Shown here piece after piece: positions 15,780 through 28,379 of a stretch of 64,000 bases of DNA (within the stretch, counting starts at the first letter, position 1; every line of letters starts with the position of its first letter). The DNA is taken from NCBI RefSeq assembly GCF_009914755.1, contig NC_060947.1. One strand, written 5' to 3'. The notes below the pieces were generated by a model. That model made no database searches. It saw only the letters and a list, made by a program, of their open reading frames with translations, and was not told where the DNA came from. The DNA is from the human T2T-CHM13v2.0 reference genome, Homo sapiens. A program made the translations under genes and the position numbers.

Positions 15780-17327
15780 CAAACAAGAAAAAAAAATGAA
15801 CCCTCTCAAGACCCAGCACACTTTCTGTTACTGCCCAAATTTTCTGCTCATTATCACAGGAAAATTTCTTCAAAGTATTGTCTAAAGTCACTGTCTCCTA
15901 CTTTCTTACCTCTGTTTCTAAACTTAACCCACTCGAACTGGGCTTATGTTTCCAAAATTCTACTAAAATTACTCAAAATCACTAATGGCATCCATAGTAC
16001 TAATGGGTAGAAACCTCTGGTCTTCTATATGGTTAATCTCTATTCTTTTTCCTGAAGTATTTTGTTCTCATCTTCTTGGCACCATGTTCACCTGGTCTTC
16101 TCCTAATTCCCTTGCATCTCCTTTTCATTTTTCTTTACTAGTTTCTCTTTCTTTGCTCCATGTCTAAATGTCGGTATGTCCTCAGGTATGGTCCCAGGAT
16201 ACTTCTCTTGTTTATTCACATTCTCTTCCCAGAAAACCTTATCCAATCCTTTGGCTTTATATAGACCAACTATATAAGGGTGAGTTGTATATTTTAACTA
16301 TATTTCTAAATACAGACTGGTATATTCAACTACTTAATTGACCTCACCACTTGCACCTTCAATAGCCATCTCAAACTCAATGTTTCCAACACAGAACTCT
16401 TGTTCCCCCCACCAAACACACAAAACTTGCCCCTCCTCAAGTTTTACCCATGTCAGGAAATAAGGCAAAAAAGGAGTCATCCTTGATTCTTTACTTTTCA
16501 TATGGGTTACATCTGATTCATAAGATTTTGCTATAAATTAATCCTTGAAGACATATCCCAAATCCAACTACTTCCCTCTATATCCACTGCTAACACTTTA
16601 CAAAAATTATTTTTCTTACCTAGATTACCACAACAGCCTTCTCATATGTCTCCCTGCATATATTCTTGCCCCACTATTCTCCAAGAGCTGTCAGTCATTC
16701 TTTTAAAATATAACTTGGATCATTTAATTTTTTATTTAAAGATGTCCAATAGCTTAATACTATTCTCAGAATAACATTAAACATTTTAATACAATTAACT
16801 AGACCCTACATAATCTGTCCCTACCCATTTCATCTCATGTCACTCTCTCTTTATCACTATGCTTCCTCCATACTGGCCTCTCTGTCCCACTTACATGTGA
16901 CACTCACTGTAGTTGTTCCCTCTGTCTGTAAAGGTACCTCCGCTAGATTTCACTTAGCTGAGTTTTCTTGTCATTTGGATCTCAGCTTAATGTCAACTAA
17001 GTACTCTATATCATATCATCTTGTTTTCTTTAACCTTAACGTTGATCATTAACATTTTTTCCTTGTTTATTATCAGTGTGCTCCCATAACAAACTAGAAT
17101 TTACACTATGCAAGAATAAGGACGGTGTAAATCTTGTTCAACATTGTATTCCCTACCACTAGAACAGTGTCTAGCACTTAGTAACTGCCATAAAGGCATA
17201 ATTTTGATATCTTTATTATTATATCTCCATGGCCTAGAATGGTGCCTGGCATATGTAAGTATACAATAACTATTTCTTTGGAAAATAAATACAAAGTAGG
17301 AATGCAATAAATATTTGTTGAATGGAT
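15780..17327 (+). mobile_element. LINE-2 3' remnant, highly diverged
   Basis: CATCTCAAACTCAATGTTTCCAACACAGAACTC, GTGCCTGGCATATGTAAG and terminal CAATAAATATTTGTTGAATG are L2-like. Boundaries approximate. Confidence 0.75.
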
Positions 17328-18139
17328 TCCTATCTACCTAGGTTAAGTTCTCATTCAGACCAATTATTTGTCTAGGGAACAACAATGCACAAAGTACAAG
17401 CATTACAAATGTTCACAAGGTCCGAAGAGAAAGTAATCCACCGGACTTCATTCATTCTTTGCTTTTATTATTTGTCCTCTGCTGGTTAGAAACACAGGTT
17501 GTATTCTCTTTCTAGTAATGCTAGAAGCAAGCCTTGTCATTCAGCTATTACCAGCTAAGGTATACACAACATCTTCAACCCATTCCCAGACACTATCATT
17601 GACCATTTCAAAAGGATAAGTTTATGTTTTTCCTGGAAGTATTAAAAATTACAGAACGTGTCCAGTGGTAAAGAGAATACCACTGCCCATCAACATGCTT
17701 ATAAATATACCAATTTTCCCTTCTGGGTAAAGATGAAGGAGTAAATACATTTACCTTCATCTCCTTCCAAAAATCCAGTTAAATAATAGAATGAGACATT
17801 TTTCATAAGACAGGAGATTTTGAGAGATTTATGTGGAGAATTTGACTCATCCATAAAGAAAGATGTTAGGTACTGACATTGAGTATTTCCTTTTTTTTTT
17901 TCTTTTTTTTTCAGTTTACTTTTATTTTTATTTTTTTATTATACTTTAAGCTTTAGGGTACATGTGCACAACGTGCAGGTTTGTTACACATGTATACCTG
18001 TGCCATGTTGGTGTGCTGCACCCATTAACTCGTCATTTAGCATTAGGTATATCTCCTAATGATATCCCTCCCCCCTCCCCCCACTCCACAACAGGCCCTG
18101 GTGTGTGATGTTCCCCTTCCTGTGTCCATGTGTTCTCAT

Positions 18140-19295
18140 TGTTCAATTCCCACCTATGAGTGACAACATGTGGTGTTTTGTTTTTTGTCCTTCGATAGTT
18201 TGCTGAGAATGATGGTTTCCAGCATCATCCATGTCCCTACAAAGGACATGAACTCATCGTTTTTTATGGCTACATAGTATTCCATGGTGTATATGTGCCA
18301 CATTTTCTTAATCCAGTCTTTCATTGTTGGACTTTTGGGTTGGTTCTAAGTCTTTGCTATTGTGAATAGTGCCACAATAAACATATGTGTGCATGTGTCT
18401 TTATAGCAGCATGATTTATAATCCTTTGGGTATATACCCAGTAATGGGATGGCTGGGTCAAATGGTATTTCTAGTTCTAGATCCCTGAGGAATCCCCACA
18501 CTGACTTCCACAAGGGTTGAACTAGTTTCCAGTCCCACCAACAGTGTAAAAGTGTTCCTGTTTCTCCACATCCTCTCCAGCACCTGTTGTTTCCTGACTT
18601 TTTAATGATCGCCATTCTAACCGATGTGAGATGGTATCTCATTGTGGTTTTGATTGGCATTTCTCTGATGGCCAGTAATGATGAGCATTTTTTCATGTGT
18701 CTTTTGGCTACATAAATGTCTTCTTTTGAGAAGTATCTGTTCATATCCTTTGCCCACTTTTTGATGGGGTTCTTTGTTTTTTCTTGTAAATTTGTTGGAG
18801 TTCATTGTAGATTGTGGATATTAGCCCTTTGTCAGATGAGTAGATTGCAAAAATTTTCTGCCATTCTGTTGGTTGCCTGTTCACTCTGTTGGTAGTTTCT
18901 TTTGCTGTGCAGAAGCTCTTTAGTTGAATTAGATCCGATTTGTCAATTTTGGCTTTTGTTGCCATTGCTTTTGGTGTTTTAGACATGAAGTCCTTGCCCG
19001 TGCCTATGTCCTCAATGGTATTGCCTAGGTTTTCTTCTAGGATTTTTATGGTTTTAGGTCTAACATGTAAGTCTTTAATCCATCTTGAATTAATTTTTGT
19101 ATAAGGTGTAAGGAAGGGATCCGGTTTCAGCTTTCTACATATGGCTAGCCAGTTTTCCCAGCACCATTTATTAAATAGGAAATTCTTTCCCCATTTCTTG
19201 TTTTTGTCAGGTTTGTCAAAGATCAGATAGTTGTAGATATTTAGCCCATTTACATTTAAGGTTAACATTGTTATGTGTGAATTTGATCCTGTCAT
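18140..19295 (-). pseudogene. Internally deleted L1 ORF2: 19 N-terminal residues fused in frame to the C-terminal region
   Basis: ORF 18741-19295 reads [19 protein letters not shown]|[18 protein letters not shown]. Confidence 0.93.
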
Positions 19296-19358
19296 TATGA
19301 TGTTAGCTGATTATTTTGCTCATTAGTTGAGGCAGTTTCTTCCTAGGCTTGATGGTCT

Positions 19359-20375
19359 TTACAATTTAGCATGTTTTTGCAGTGGCTGATACTGGTTGTT
19401 CCTTTCCGTGTTTAGTGCTTCCTTCAGGAGCTCTTTTAGGGCAGGCCTGTTGGTGGCAAAATCTCCCAGCATTTGCTTGTCTGTAAAGTATTTTATTTCT
19501 CCTTCACTTATGAAGCTTAGTTTGGCTGGATATGAAATTCTGGGTTGAAAATTCTTTTCTTTAAGAATGTTGAATATGGGACCCCACTCTCTTCTGGCTT
19601 GTAGAGTTTCTGCTGAGACATCAGCTGTTAGTCTGATGGGCTTCCCTTTGTGGGTAACCCGACCTTTCTCTCTGGCTGCCCTTAACATTTTTTCCTTCAT
19701 TTCAACTTTGGTGAATCTGAAAATTATGTGTCTTGGAGTTGCTCTTCTCAAGGAGTATCTTTGTGGCATTCTCTGTCTTTCCTCAATTTGAATGTTGGCC
19801 TGCCTTGCAAGATTGGGGAAGTTCTCCTGGATAATATCCTGCAGAGTGTTTTCCAATTTGGTTCCATTCTCCCCATCACTTTCAGGTACACCAATCAGAC
19901 GTAGATTTGGTCTTTTCACATAGTTCCATATTTCTTGGAGGCTTTGTTCATTTCTTCTTATTCTTTTTTCTCTAAACTTCTCTTCTTGCTTCATTTCATT
20001 GATTTGATCTTCCATCACTGATACCCTTTCTTCCAGTTGATCAAATTGGCTACTGAGGCTTGTGCATTTGTCTCATAGTTCTTGTGCCTTGGTTTTCAGC
20101 TCCATCAGGTCCTTTAAGGACTTCTCTGCATTGGTTATTCTAGTTAGCCATTCGTCTATTGTTTTTTGAAGGTTTTTAACTTCTCTGCCATGGGTTCAAA
20201 CTTCCTCCTTTAGCTTGGAGGAGTTTGATCATCTGAAGCCTTCTTTTCTCAACTCATCAAAGTCATTCTCTGTCCAGCTTTGTTCTGTTGCTGGTGAGGA
20301 GCTGCATTCCTTTGGAGGGGGACAGGTGCTCTGATTTTTAGAGTTTCCAGTTTTTCTGCTCTGTTTTTTCCCCAT
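19359..20375 (-). pseudogene. L1 ORF1p with premature stop
   Basis: MGKKQSRKTGNSKNQ start at 20375, TGA at 20229-20231; ORF 19359-20018 gives the remainder. Confidence 0.93.
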
Positions 20376-21819
20376 CTTTGTGGTTTTATCTACCTTTGGT
20401 CTTTGATGATGGTGCTGTACAGATGGTGTTTTGGTGTGGATTTCTTGTTTGTTAGTTTTCCTTCTAACAGTCAGGACCCTTAGCTGCAGGTCTGTTGGAG
20501 TTTGCCAGAGGTCCACTCCAGACCCTGTTTGCCTGGCTATCAGCAGTGGAGGCTGTCGAGCAGCAGACATTGGTGAACAGCAAATGTTGTTGCCTGATCG
20601 TTCCTCTGGAGGTTTTGTCTCAGAGGAGTACCTGGCCCTGTGAGGTGTCAGTCTGCCCCTATTGGGGGATGCCTCCCAGTTAGGCTACTCAGGCTCAGGG
20701 ACCCAGTTGAGGAGGCAATCTGTCCATTCTCAGATCTCAAGCTGCATGCTGGGAGAAACACTACTCTCTTCAAAGCTGTCAGACACTGACATTTAAGTCT
20801 GCAGAGGTTTCTGTTGCCTTTTGTTTGGCTATGCCCTGCCCCTAGAGGTGGAGTCTACAGAGGCAGTCAGGCCTCCTTGAGCTGCAGTGGACTCCACCCA
20901 GTTCAAGCTTCCAGTCCTCTGTTTACCTCCTCAAGCCTCGGCAATGACAGGTGCCCCTCCCCCAGCCTCGCTGCCATCTTGCAGTTTGATCTCAGACAGC
21001 TGTGCTAGTAATGAGTGAGGCTCCTTGGGAGTAGGACCCTCGAGCCATGCACGGGATATAATCTCCTGGTGTGCTGTTTGCTAAGACCATTGGAAAAGTG
21101 CAGTATTAGGGTGGGAGTGACCCTATTTTCTGGGTGCCATCTGTCACCTCTTTCTTTGACTAGGAAAGGGAATTCCCTGACCCCTTATGCTTCCTGGGTG
21201 AGGTAATGCCTCACCCTGCTTTGGCTCATGCTCAGTGCACTGCACCCACTGTCCTGCACCTGCTGTCGGACACTCCCCTGTGAGATGAACCCAGTACCTC
21301 AGTTGGAAATGCAGAAATCACCCATCTTCTGTGTCACTCATGCTGGGAGCTGTAGACTGGAGCTGTTTCTCTTTGGCCATCTTGGCTCCACCTCCAAGTG
21401 TCAGCATTGGGTATTTCTTAAGGAAAAGCTCAAGTTAGATTATTCTATGATGAAACCCACAGATTTCAAGCCTCAAAAAACTGCACAAAGAAAAAATCTT
21501 TCCACAGAAAGAATCTGTAAACTCAAAGATAGGTCATTTGAAGTTATCCAATAAGAAGAGGAATGAAAAAGAAAGAAGGAGGCCTATAGAAATGATGGGC
21601 ACCATCAAGAGAACTAATTTTTAGATTATAGGAGTGATTGACAGAAAAGATAGGGAAAGAGGCAAAAGCTTATTGAAAGAAATAATGGCTAAAATCTTCC
21701 CAAATCTGAGAAGTGACATCCAGGTACATACATGAATCTGAAAGTGTATAAATAAGTGCAACCCAAAGAGGACTTTGTTGAGACACATTATTATCAAATT
21801 ATAATAAAAGAAACATATT

Positions 21820-22472
21820 ATTTTGTTTTGTTTTTGTCTTTCCATGTTTTAGCTTAGGTTCAGGGGGTTCATGTGCAGGTTTGTTGCATAGGTAAACTGC
21901 CTGTCATGGGGGTTTGGTGTACAGATTATTCTGTCATCCAGGTAATGGGCATAGTACCTGTTTGGTAATTTTTTGATCCTCACCCTCCTTCCACCCTCCA
22001 TCCCTAAGTAGGTACTGGTGTCTATTGTTTCCTTTCTTGTGTCCCTGTGTACCCAATGGTTAGCTCCCAATGTCTCTCTCTTACAAGTAAGAACATGCAG
22101 TATTTGGTTTTTCATTCCTACATTAATTCACTTTGGATAATGACTTCCAGCTGCATTCATGTTGCTGCAAATGGCATTATTTCATTCTTTTTATGGTTGC
22201 ATAATATTCTGTGGTGTAAATGTATCACGTTTTCTTTGTTGAGTCTACTATTAATGGGAATCCAGGTTGATTCCATGTCTTTCTTATTGTTAATAGTGCT
22301 GCAGTGAACATATGTGTGCATGTGTCTTTATGATAAAATGATTTATATTCTTTAGAGTACATAACCAGTAATGGGATTTCTGAGTCAAATGGTACTTCTA
22401 AATTATTTTAGAAATCACCAAACTGTTTTCCACAGTGGTTGGACTAATTTACATTCCAAGCAGCAGTGCATA
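21820..22472 (-). mobile_element. 5'-truncated older L1PA (L1PA13-16-like) 3' end
   Basis: TTAGGTTCAGGGGGTTCATGTGCAGGTTTGTT... is the reverse of an L1PA 3'UTR; T-rich tail at the left. Confidence 0.85.
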
Positions 22473-24354
22473 TGCATTCAAAGTGAATATTTTGAAAGGA
22501 GCAAGAGAAAAGACACTAGTCACATACAAGAAAATCCCTGTAAGACTACTAGAAAATTTCTCAGCAGAAACACTACAGATCAGGAGAGAGTAGAATAATA
22601 TGTTAAAAGTGTTGAAAGAGAAAAGAAAAGCTTGCAAACCAATAATACATAACCTGTTAAATCTGCCTTACAAAATGAGGGAGATATAAAGACTTTCCCA
22701 GACAAACAAAACCTGAGGGAGTTCATCACCAGTAGAGCTGCCTTACATAATATGCTAAAAAGAGTTATTCAAGCTAAATTGAAACAACACCAACTAGTTA
22801 TATAAAAACATATGATAGTATGAAACACACTGATAAAGATAAGTATACACTCAAATTCAGAATTCCCTATACCTAATGGTGGTGTGAAAATCACTATCAA
22901 TGCTACTGCATAGGTTAAATGACAAAAGTATTAAAAATAATTTTATTTACAATAACTTGACAAAGGATGCATAATATGAAAAATGTAAACTCCTGATGTA
23001 ACATTGTTACTGATGTTGTATGTTATGTTATTTATGATATCAATAACATAAAATGTGAAGGGAGACATAAAAGTATTGAGTTTTTGTATGTGATAAAAAT
23101 TAAGCTGTTAAAATCCTAAGCAGGCAATCAAAAAGCAAAAAAAAATAAGTTAAGCTGTTATCAGCATAAAGTAGATTGTTACAACTATAAGATCCTTTAT
23201 GTAAGCTTCATGGTAACCAATATTCATAAACCTATAGTGATACATAAAAGATAAATAAGTCAATGTATAGCAGCAAAATAAAAGGTATCAAATCACAAAG
23301 GAAGACAGCAAGAGAGGGGAAAAAACTATAAAACAACAAAATAGCAATAGTAAGTCCTTACCTATCAATAAGCACTTCAAATGTATATAAATTAAGTTCT
23401 CCAATATAAAGATTTATAGTGGCTTGAAAGATATTTAAAAGCAAAAAGCAGGACCCAACTCTATGCTGACTACAAGAGACTTGCTTCACTTGTAAGAATA
23501 CAAATAGGCTGAAATTTAAGAGATGGAAAAGGATATGCTATGCAAATGGTAATCAAAGAGAGGAGAGATAGCTATACCTCCATCAGACTAAATAGACTTT
23601 AAGACAAAAATTGTCACAAGAGGCAAATATGCACCTAACATCAGAGCACTGAAATATATTAAGCAAATATTAATAGATCTGAAGGGGGAGCTGGACTGCA
23701 GTACAATAATAGTAGGAGGCTTCAATACTTCACTTTTAGCAATGAACAGATCTTCAAGAAAAAAAATCAATGAGGAAACAGTAAAATTGAACATTGTAGA
23801 CCAAATACACCCAACATATAGAAAATATTCCATCCAACAACAACAGAAGACATATTATTTGCGGCACACACAGAACATTCTCAGGATTGATTATATGTTG
23901 GGACACAAAACAAGTCCTAACAAATCTAAAGAGACTGAAATTATATCAAGTATCCTTTATGACTAAAATGATATAAAACTAGAAATCGATGAGAAGCAAA
24001 AAAATCACAAAAATGTAAAAATTCAACATGTTCCTGAACAACCAATGAGTCAAATAAATCAAAAGTAGAATTAAAAAATATCCTGAGACAAACAAAAATA
24101 GAAACATACCAAATCAAAACTTATGGGATGTAGCATAAGCAGTTATAAGATGAAAGTTTATAGAAATACATGCTGACATTAAGAAAAATAAAGAACTCAA
24201 AAATAACTTACTCCTCAAAGAGCTAAAAAAAGAACAAACTAGGCCCAAACATAACAAAATGAAGAAAACAACAAAGATCAGAACAGAAGCAAGTTAAAAT
24301 AATAACTAGAGAAACAATAGAAAAGATCAATAAACTAAGAGTTGATTTTTGGAA

Positions 24355-24453
24355 AACATAAAATTAGCAAACTTTAGCTACAGTAAAAAAAAGAGATAAG
24401 ACTCAACATAAAATTAACAAACTTTAGCTAGAATTTAAAAAGAGATAAGACTC
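24355..24453 (+). repeat. About 50-bp tandem duplication inside the L1M ORF2
   Basis: AACATAAAATTAGCAAACTTTAGCTA...AAAGAGATAAGACTC occurs twice (24355-24404, 24405-24453). Confidence 0.9.
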
Positions 24454-25064
24454 AAATAAATAAAATGAAAATGAAGAGGAGATATTATAATTGATACCAC
24501 AAAAATAAAAAGAAACATTAGAGTCTAGTATGAATAATTATATGCCAATATATCAAAGAACCTAGAAGAAATGGATAAATTACTAGAAACAGACAATTCA
24601 CCAAGACTGAATCATGAAGAATTAAATAATCTGAAAAAACAAATGACAGGTAAGATTAAAACAGTACTCAAAAATATCCCAACAAAGTAAACCCAAGACA
24701 AAATCACTTCACTGGTTAATTTTACCAAACATTTAAGGAATACCTAATACTAATATTGAGTTCTCTCAAACTCTCCCAAATAAAGTGAAGAGGTAGAAAC
24801 ACTTCCAAACTCATCTTACAAGGCCAATATTACCTCCATACCAAAAATAGAAAATAACACTATAAAAAATAGCAAGCCAATATCCCTGACAAACATAAAC
24901 ATAAAAGTCCTTAAAAAAAAAACATAGCAAATGACATTCAGCAGCATATTAAAAGGATTATACAACATACTCAAGTAAGATTTGTTCCTGAGATTGAAGA
25001 TGACTTGACAGATTCAAATTTATAAATGTGATACACCATATTAACAGAATAAGGATAAAAATTA

Positions 25065-25366
25065 GGCTGGGCACAGTGGCTGACACTTGTAATATCAGCA
25101 TTTTTGGAGGCTGAGGTGGGTGGATTGCTTAAGTTCAGGGGTTCAAGACCACCATGGGCAACATGGTGAAACCTCATCTCTACTAAAAATACAAAAATTA
25201 GCCAGGCTTGGTGGCATGTATCTGTAGTTGAAACTACTTAGGAGGCTGAGATGGGAGAATTGCTTGAGCCCAGGAGGCAGAGGTTACAGAAAGCCAAGAT
25301 CACACAGCTGCACTCCAACCTCAGCAACAGAGTGAGACTCCATCTCAAAAACAAACAAACAAAAAA
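25065..25366 (+). mobile_element. Old Alu (AluJ-like)
   Basis: Full dimer with (CAAA)n/A tail. TSD AGAATAAGGATAAAAATTA (25046-25064) / AGAATAAGGGTAAAAGTCA (25367-25385). Confidence 0.95.
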
Positions 25367-27802
25367 AGAATAAGGGTAAAAGTCACATAATCATCTCAAT
25401 AAATGCAGAAAAAAATGACAAAATAAGACATCCTTTCATAATAAAACAAAACTCAACAAAATAGGTATAGAAGCAATGTACCTCAGTAGATAAAGGCCAT
25501 ATATCAAAGCCCAAAGGTAAAATTATACTCAAAAATTTAAAACTGAAATAATTTCCTCTAAGATCAGGGGCAAGATAAAGAGGCCTACTCTGGTCACTTG
25601 TATTCAACACAATATTAAAAGTGCTGTCCAGCGCAATTAGTCAAGAAAAATAAATAAATGGCATCCAAAACTGACAGAAAGAAGTAAAGGTGTCTGTTTG
25701 CAGATGCTGTGATATTACATGTAGAAAGTGCAACAGACTCCACCAAACTCACTCAGTAAACTCAAAAACAGACCCACCAACTCAGTAAAGTTGTGGGATA
25801 CAAAATTAACATACAAAAATAAGGTGTGTTCATATACACTAACAAGCATCCAAAAAAGAAATTAAGAAAATAATCTTATTTCCAAAAACATCCAAAATAA
25901 TAAAATATTTAGAAATAAACCAAGGAAGTAAAAGACCTGTACAATGAAAACTATAATTGATAAAATTGAAGGCACAAATGAATAAAAAGATATCTCATGT
26001 TCATAGTTCAGAAAAATCAATAGTATCAAAAATCCATACTTCCCAAAGCACACTACAGATTCAATGCAATTCCTATCAAAATTCCAATGGCAATTATTAC
26101 AGAAGCAGAAAAATCAATCCTAAAATTTGTATGGAATTATGATCACTACCAAGTAGCTAAAGCAATCTTGAGCAAGAAGGAAAAAGGCTGGAGGCATCAT
26201 AGTTCTGATTTCAAACTATATTACAAAGTTATAGTAATTGAAACAGTATGGTAGTGGTTAAAAGCACACATACAGATCAGTGAAACAGAATAAGAAGACC
26301 AGAAATAAATTGACTCATATGTGGTCAAATAATCTTTGAAAAAGATGCCAAAAATATAGAGTGGATAAAAGATAGTCTCTTCAATAAATTGTACTGAGAA
26401 AACTGAATATCCACTTGCAATAGAATAAAACTGGACATTTATCTTACTCTATACACAAAAATTAACTCAAACTGGATTAAAAGTTTAAACCTAAGACCTA
26501 AAACTGTAAAAACTCCTTGAAAAAAAATCATAGGGAAAAATCTCCTTGACATTGCTCTTAGAAATAATTTTTTAATATAACATCAGAAGCAAAACAAACA
26601 AAAGTAAAAATAGACAAGTGAAACTACATCAAACCAAAAAGTTTCTGCTCAACAAAAGAAACAACCAACAAAATGAAAAAGGCAACCTATGGAATGAAAG
26701 AAAATATTTGCAAGCCATATATACAGTAAGGAGTTAATATTCAAAATACGTCAGGAACTCAGGCAATTAAATAGCATAATAAATAAATAACCCAATTTTA
26801 AAATAAGCAAAAGACCCAAACAGGCATTTTTCCAAAATAGTCATAAATATGACCAACAGGTATAAGAAAAGATGCTCAGCATCATTAATCATCAGGGAAT
26901 TGCAAATCAAAATCCACAATGAGATATCACCTCTTAACCTGTTAGAATGGCTGTTATCAAAAAAATGTCCAAGGATAACAGTTGGCAAGAATGTAGAGAA
27001 AAGGGGACCCTTATGCACTGTTGATGAGCGTGTAAAGAGGTACAGCCATTATGGAAAGCAGTACAGAGCTTCCCAAAAAAAATTATAAATAGAATTACCT
27101 TATAATCCAGGAATCCCACTTTCAGGTATACATTAAAAGGAAATAAGATCACTATCTTGGAGAGATGTCTGCACTCCCATGTTTATTGCAGGATTATTTA
27201 TAATAACCAAGATGTGAAAGAACCTATGTGTCTGTCAACAGATAAACAGATAAAGAAAATGTGTTATATAAATACAATAGGATATTATTCAGCCTTTAAA
27301 AAGAATGAAATTCTGCTATTTGCAACAAAAAATTGAAACTGGAGACGTTTATGCTAAGTGAAATAAGCCAGATACAGAAACATACATACTGCATGGTCTC
27401 ACTTACATGTGAAATCTAATGAAAATCAAATATATGAAAGCAGAGGGTAGGATGCTGGTTGTCAGCAGGTAGGAGTGAGGTTGGGTGATGAGGAGATGTT
27501 GCTTAAACGGTGCAAAGTTTCAGTTAGGATGAATAAGTTCAGGCGATCTTTATTACAGCATGGGGACTATAGTTAATAATAATGCGTTGTACACTTGATA
27601 ATTGTTAAGAGAGTAGATCTTAAATGTTACTACAACAAAAAATAAAGATGTGAGGTGATAAAATGTTAATTAGTTTCATGTAGCAATTTCACAATGTATA
27701 CATACATGAGAACATTACATTTTACACCATAAATATGTACAATTTTTATTTGTCAGCTATACTTTAAGTTTTAAAATGTAAAAATTAATGATTTTTAAAA
27801 TG

Positions 27803-27940
27803 ATAACTTATCGAGGTGATGGATAATTTAATTAGATTAATGTGATTATTTCATACAATATATGCATATTAAAAATTATTTCATACATCTTAAATATATA
27901 ATATCCGTGTCACTCATACCTCAATACAGCTGGAAAAATA
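27803..27940 (+). mobile_element. Second L1MA-type 3' terminal fragment
   Basis: GAGGTGATGGATAATTTAATTAG...CATACCTCAATACAGCTGGAAAAA parallels the end of the preceding element at about 27650-27765. Confidence 0.65.
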
Positions 27941-28190
27941 TATGAATGAAAATAAATAAATGAAATGAAGATATATAAATACATTTTACAATGTGATGGA
28001 CAAAATGGGGGGCATTATATAGTGCTGGCATTTTATGGCTTAGGCTATATTGATGCTATTATATTGTGCATGTTGAATAACTAATTAGCAAGTTTGGTTG
28101 AATAAATATGTATAATACAATACACTAAATGTCACTTTCTGACTAAGTATACAAGGTAGCTTTGAAGTAAATGTAATTGAAGAAATATTC

Positions 28191-28362
28191 TTTTTTGTAC
28201 CCAGTAGGTGTATATATTTATGGGGTATATCAGATATTTTGATACAGATATACAAAGTGTTATAATCACATGAAGGTAAATGAGGTACTTATCATCTTAA
28301 GCATTTATTTTTTGTGTTACGAACAATCTAATTTCACTCTTTTATTTATTTTAAAATATACA
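28191..28362 (-). mobile_element. 3' end of an L1MA (L1MA1-4-like) element whose 5' part lies at 32041-34390
   Basis: GTAGGTGTATATATTTATGGGGTA...GATATTTTGATACAG is a reverse L1MA 3'UTR; candidate TSD shared with 34391-34402. Confidence 0.8.
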
Positions 28363-28379
28363 GGAATAAAGAAGTGGAC

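Larger units (their letters stand above)
17891..21395 (-). mobile_element. LINE-1 L1PA4-like (copy B): both ends intact, about 2.67 kb internal ORF2 deletion
   Basis: 5' end at 21395 (GGAGGTGGAGCCAAGATGG on minus); poly-T at 17891-17940. TSD CATTGAGTATTTC (17877-17889) / CATTGGGTATTTC (21405-21417). Confidence 0.97.
21490..27780 (+). mobile_element. Old L1M element (L1MA8/9-like): ORF1 remnant, ORF2 remnant and 3'UTR, with nested insertions
   Basis: Degenerate ORF2 peptides (NRSSRKKINEET, RIDYMLGHK, KKRCSASLIIRELQIK) and an L1MA-type 3'UTR; very A-rich plus strand. Confidence 0.85.

Noticed and set aside
19237-19245. Splicing as the cause of the ORF2 deletion in copy B
   Set aside because: The missing segment begins GCTCC and does not end in AG, so it is not a canonical intron.
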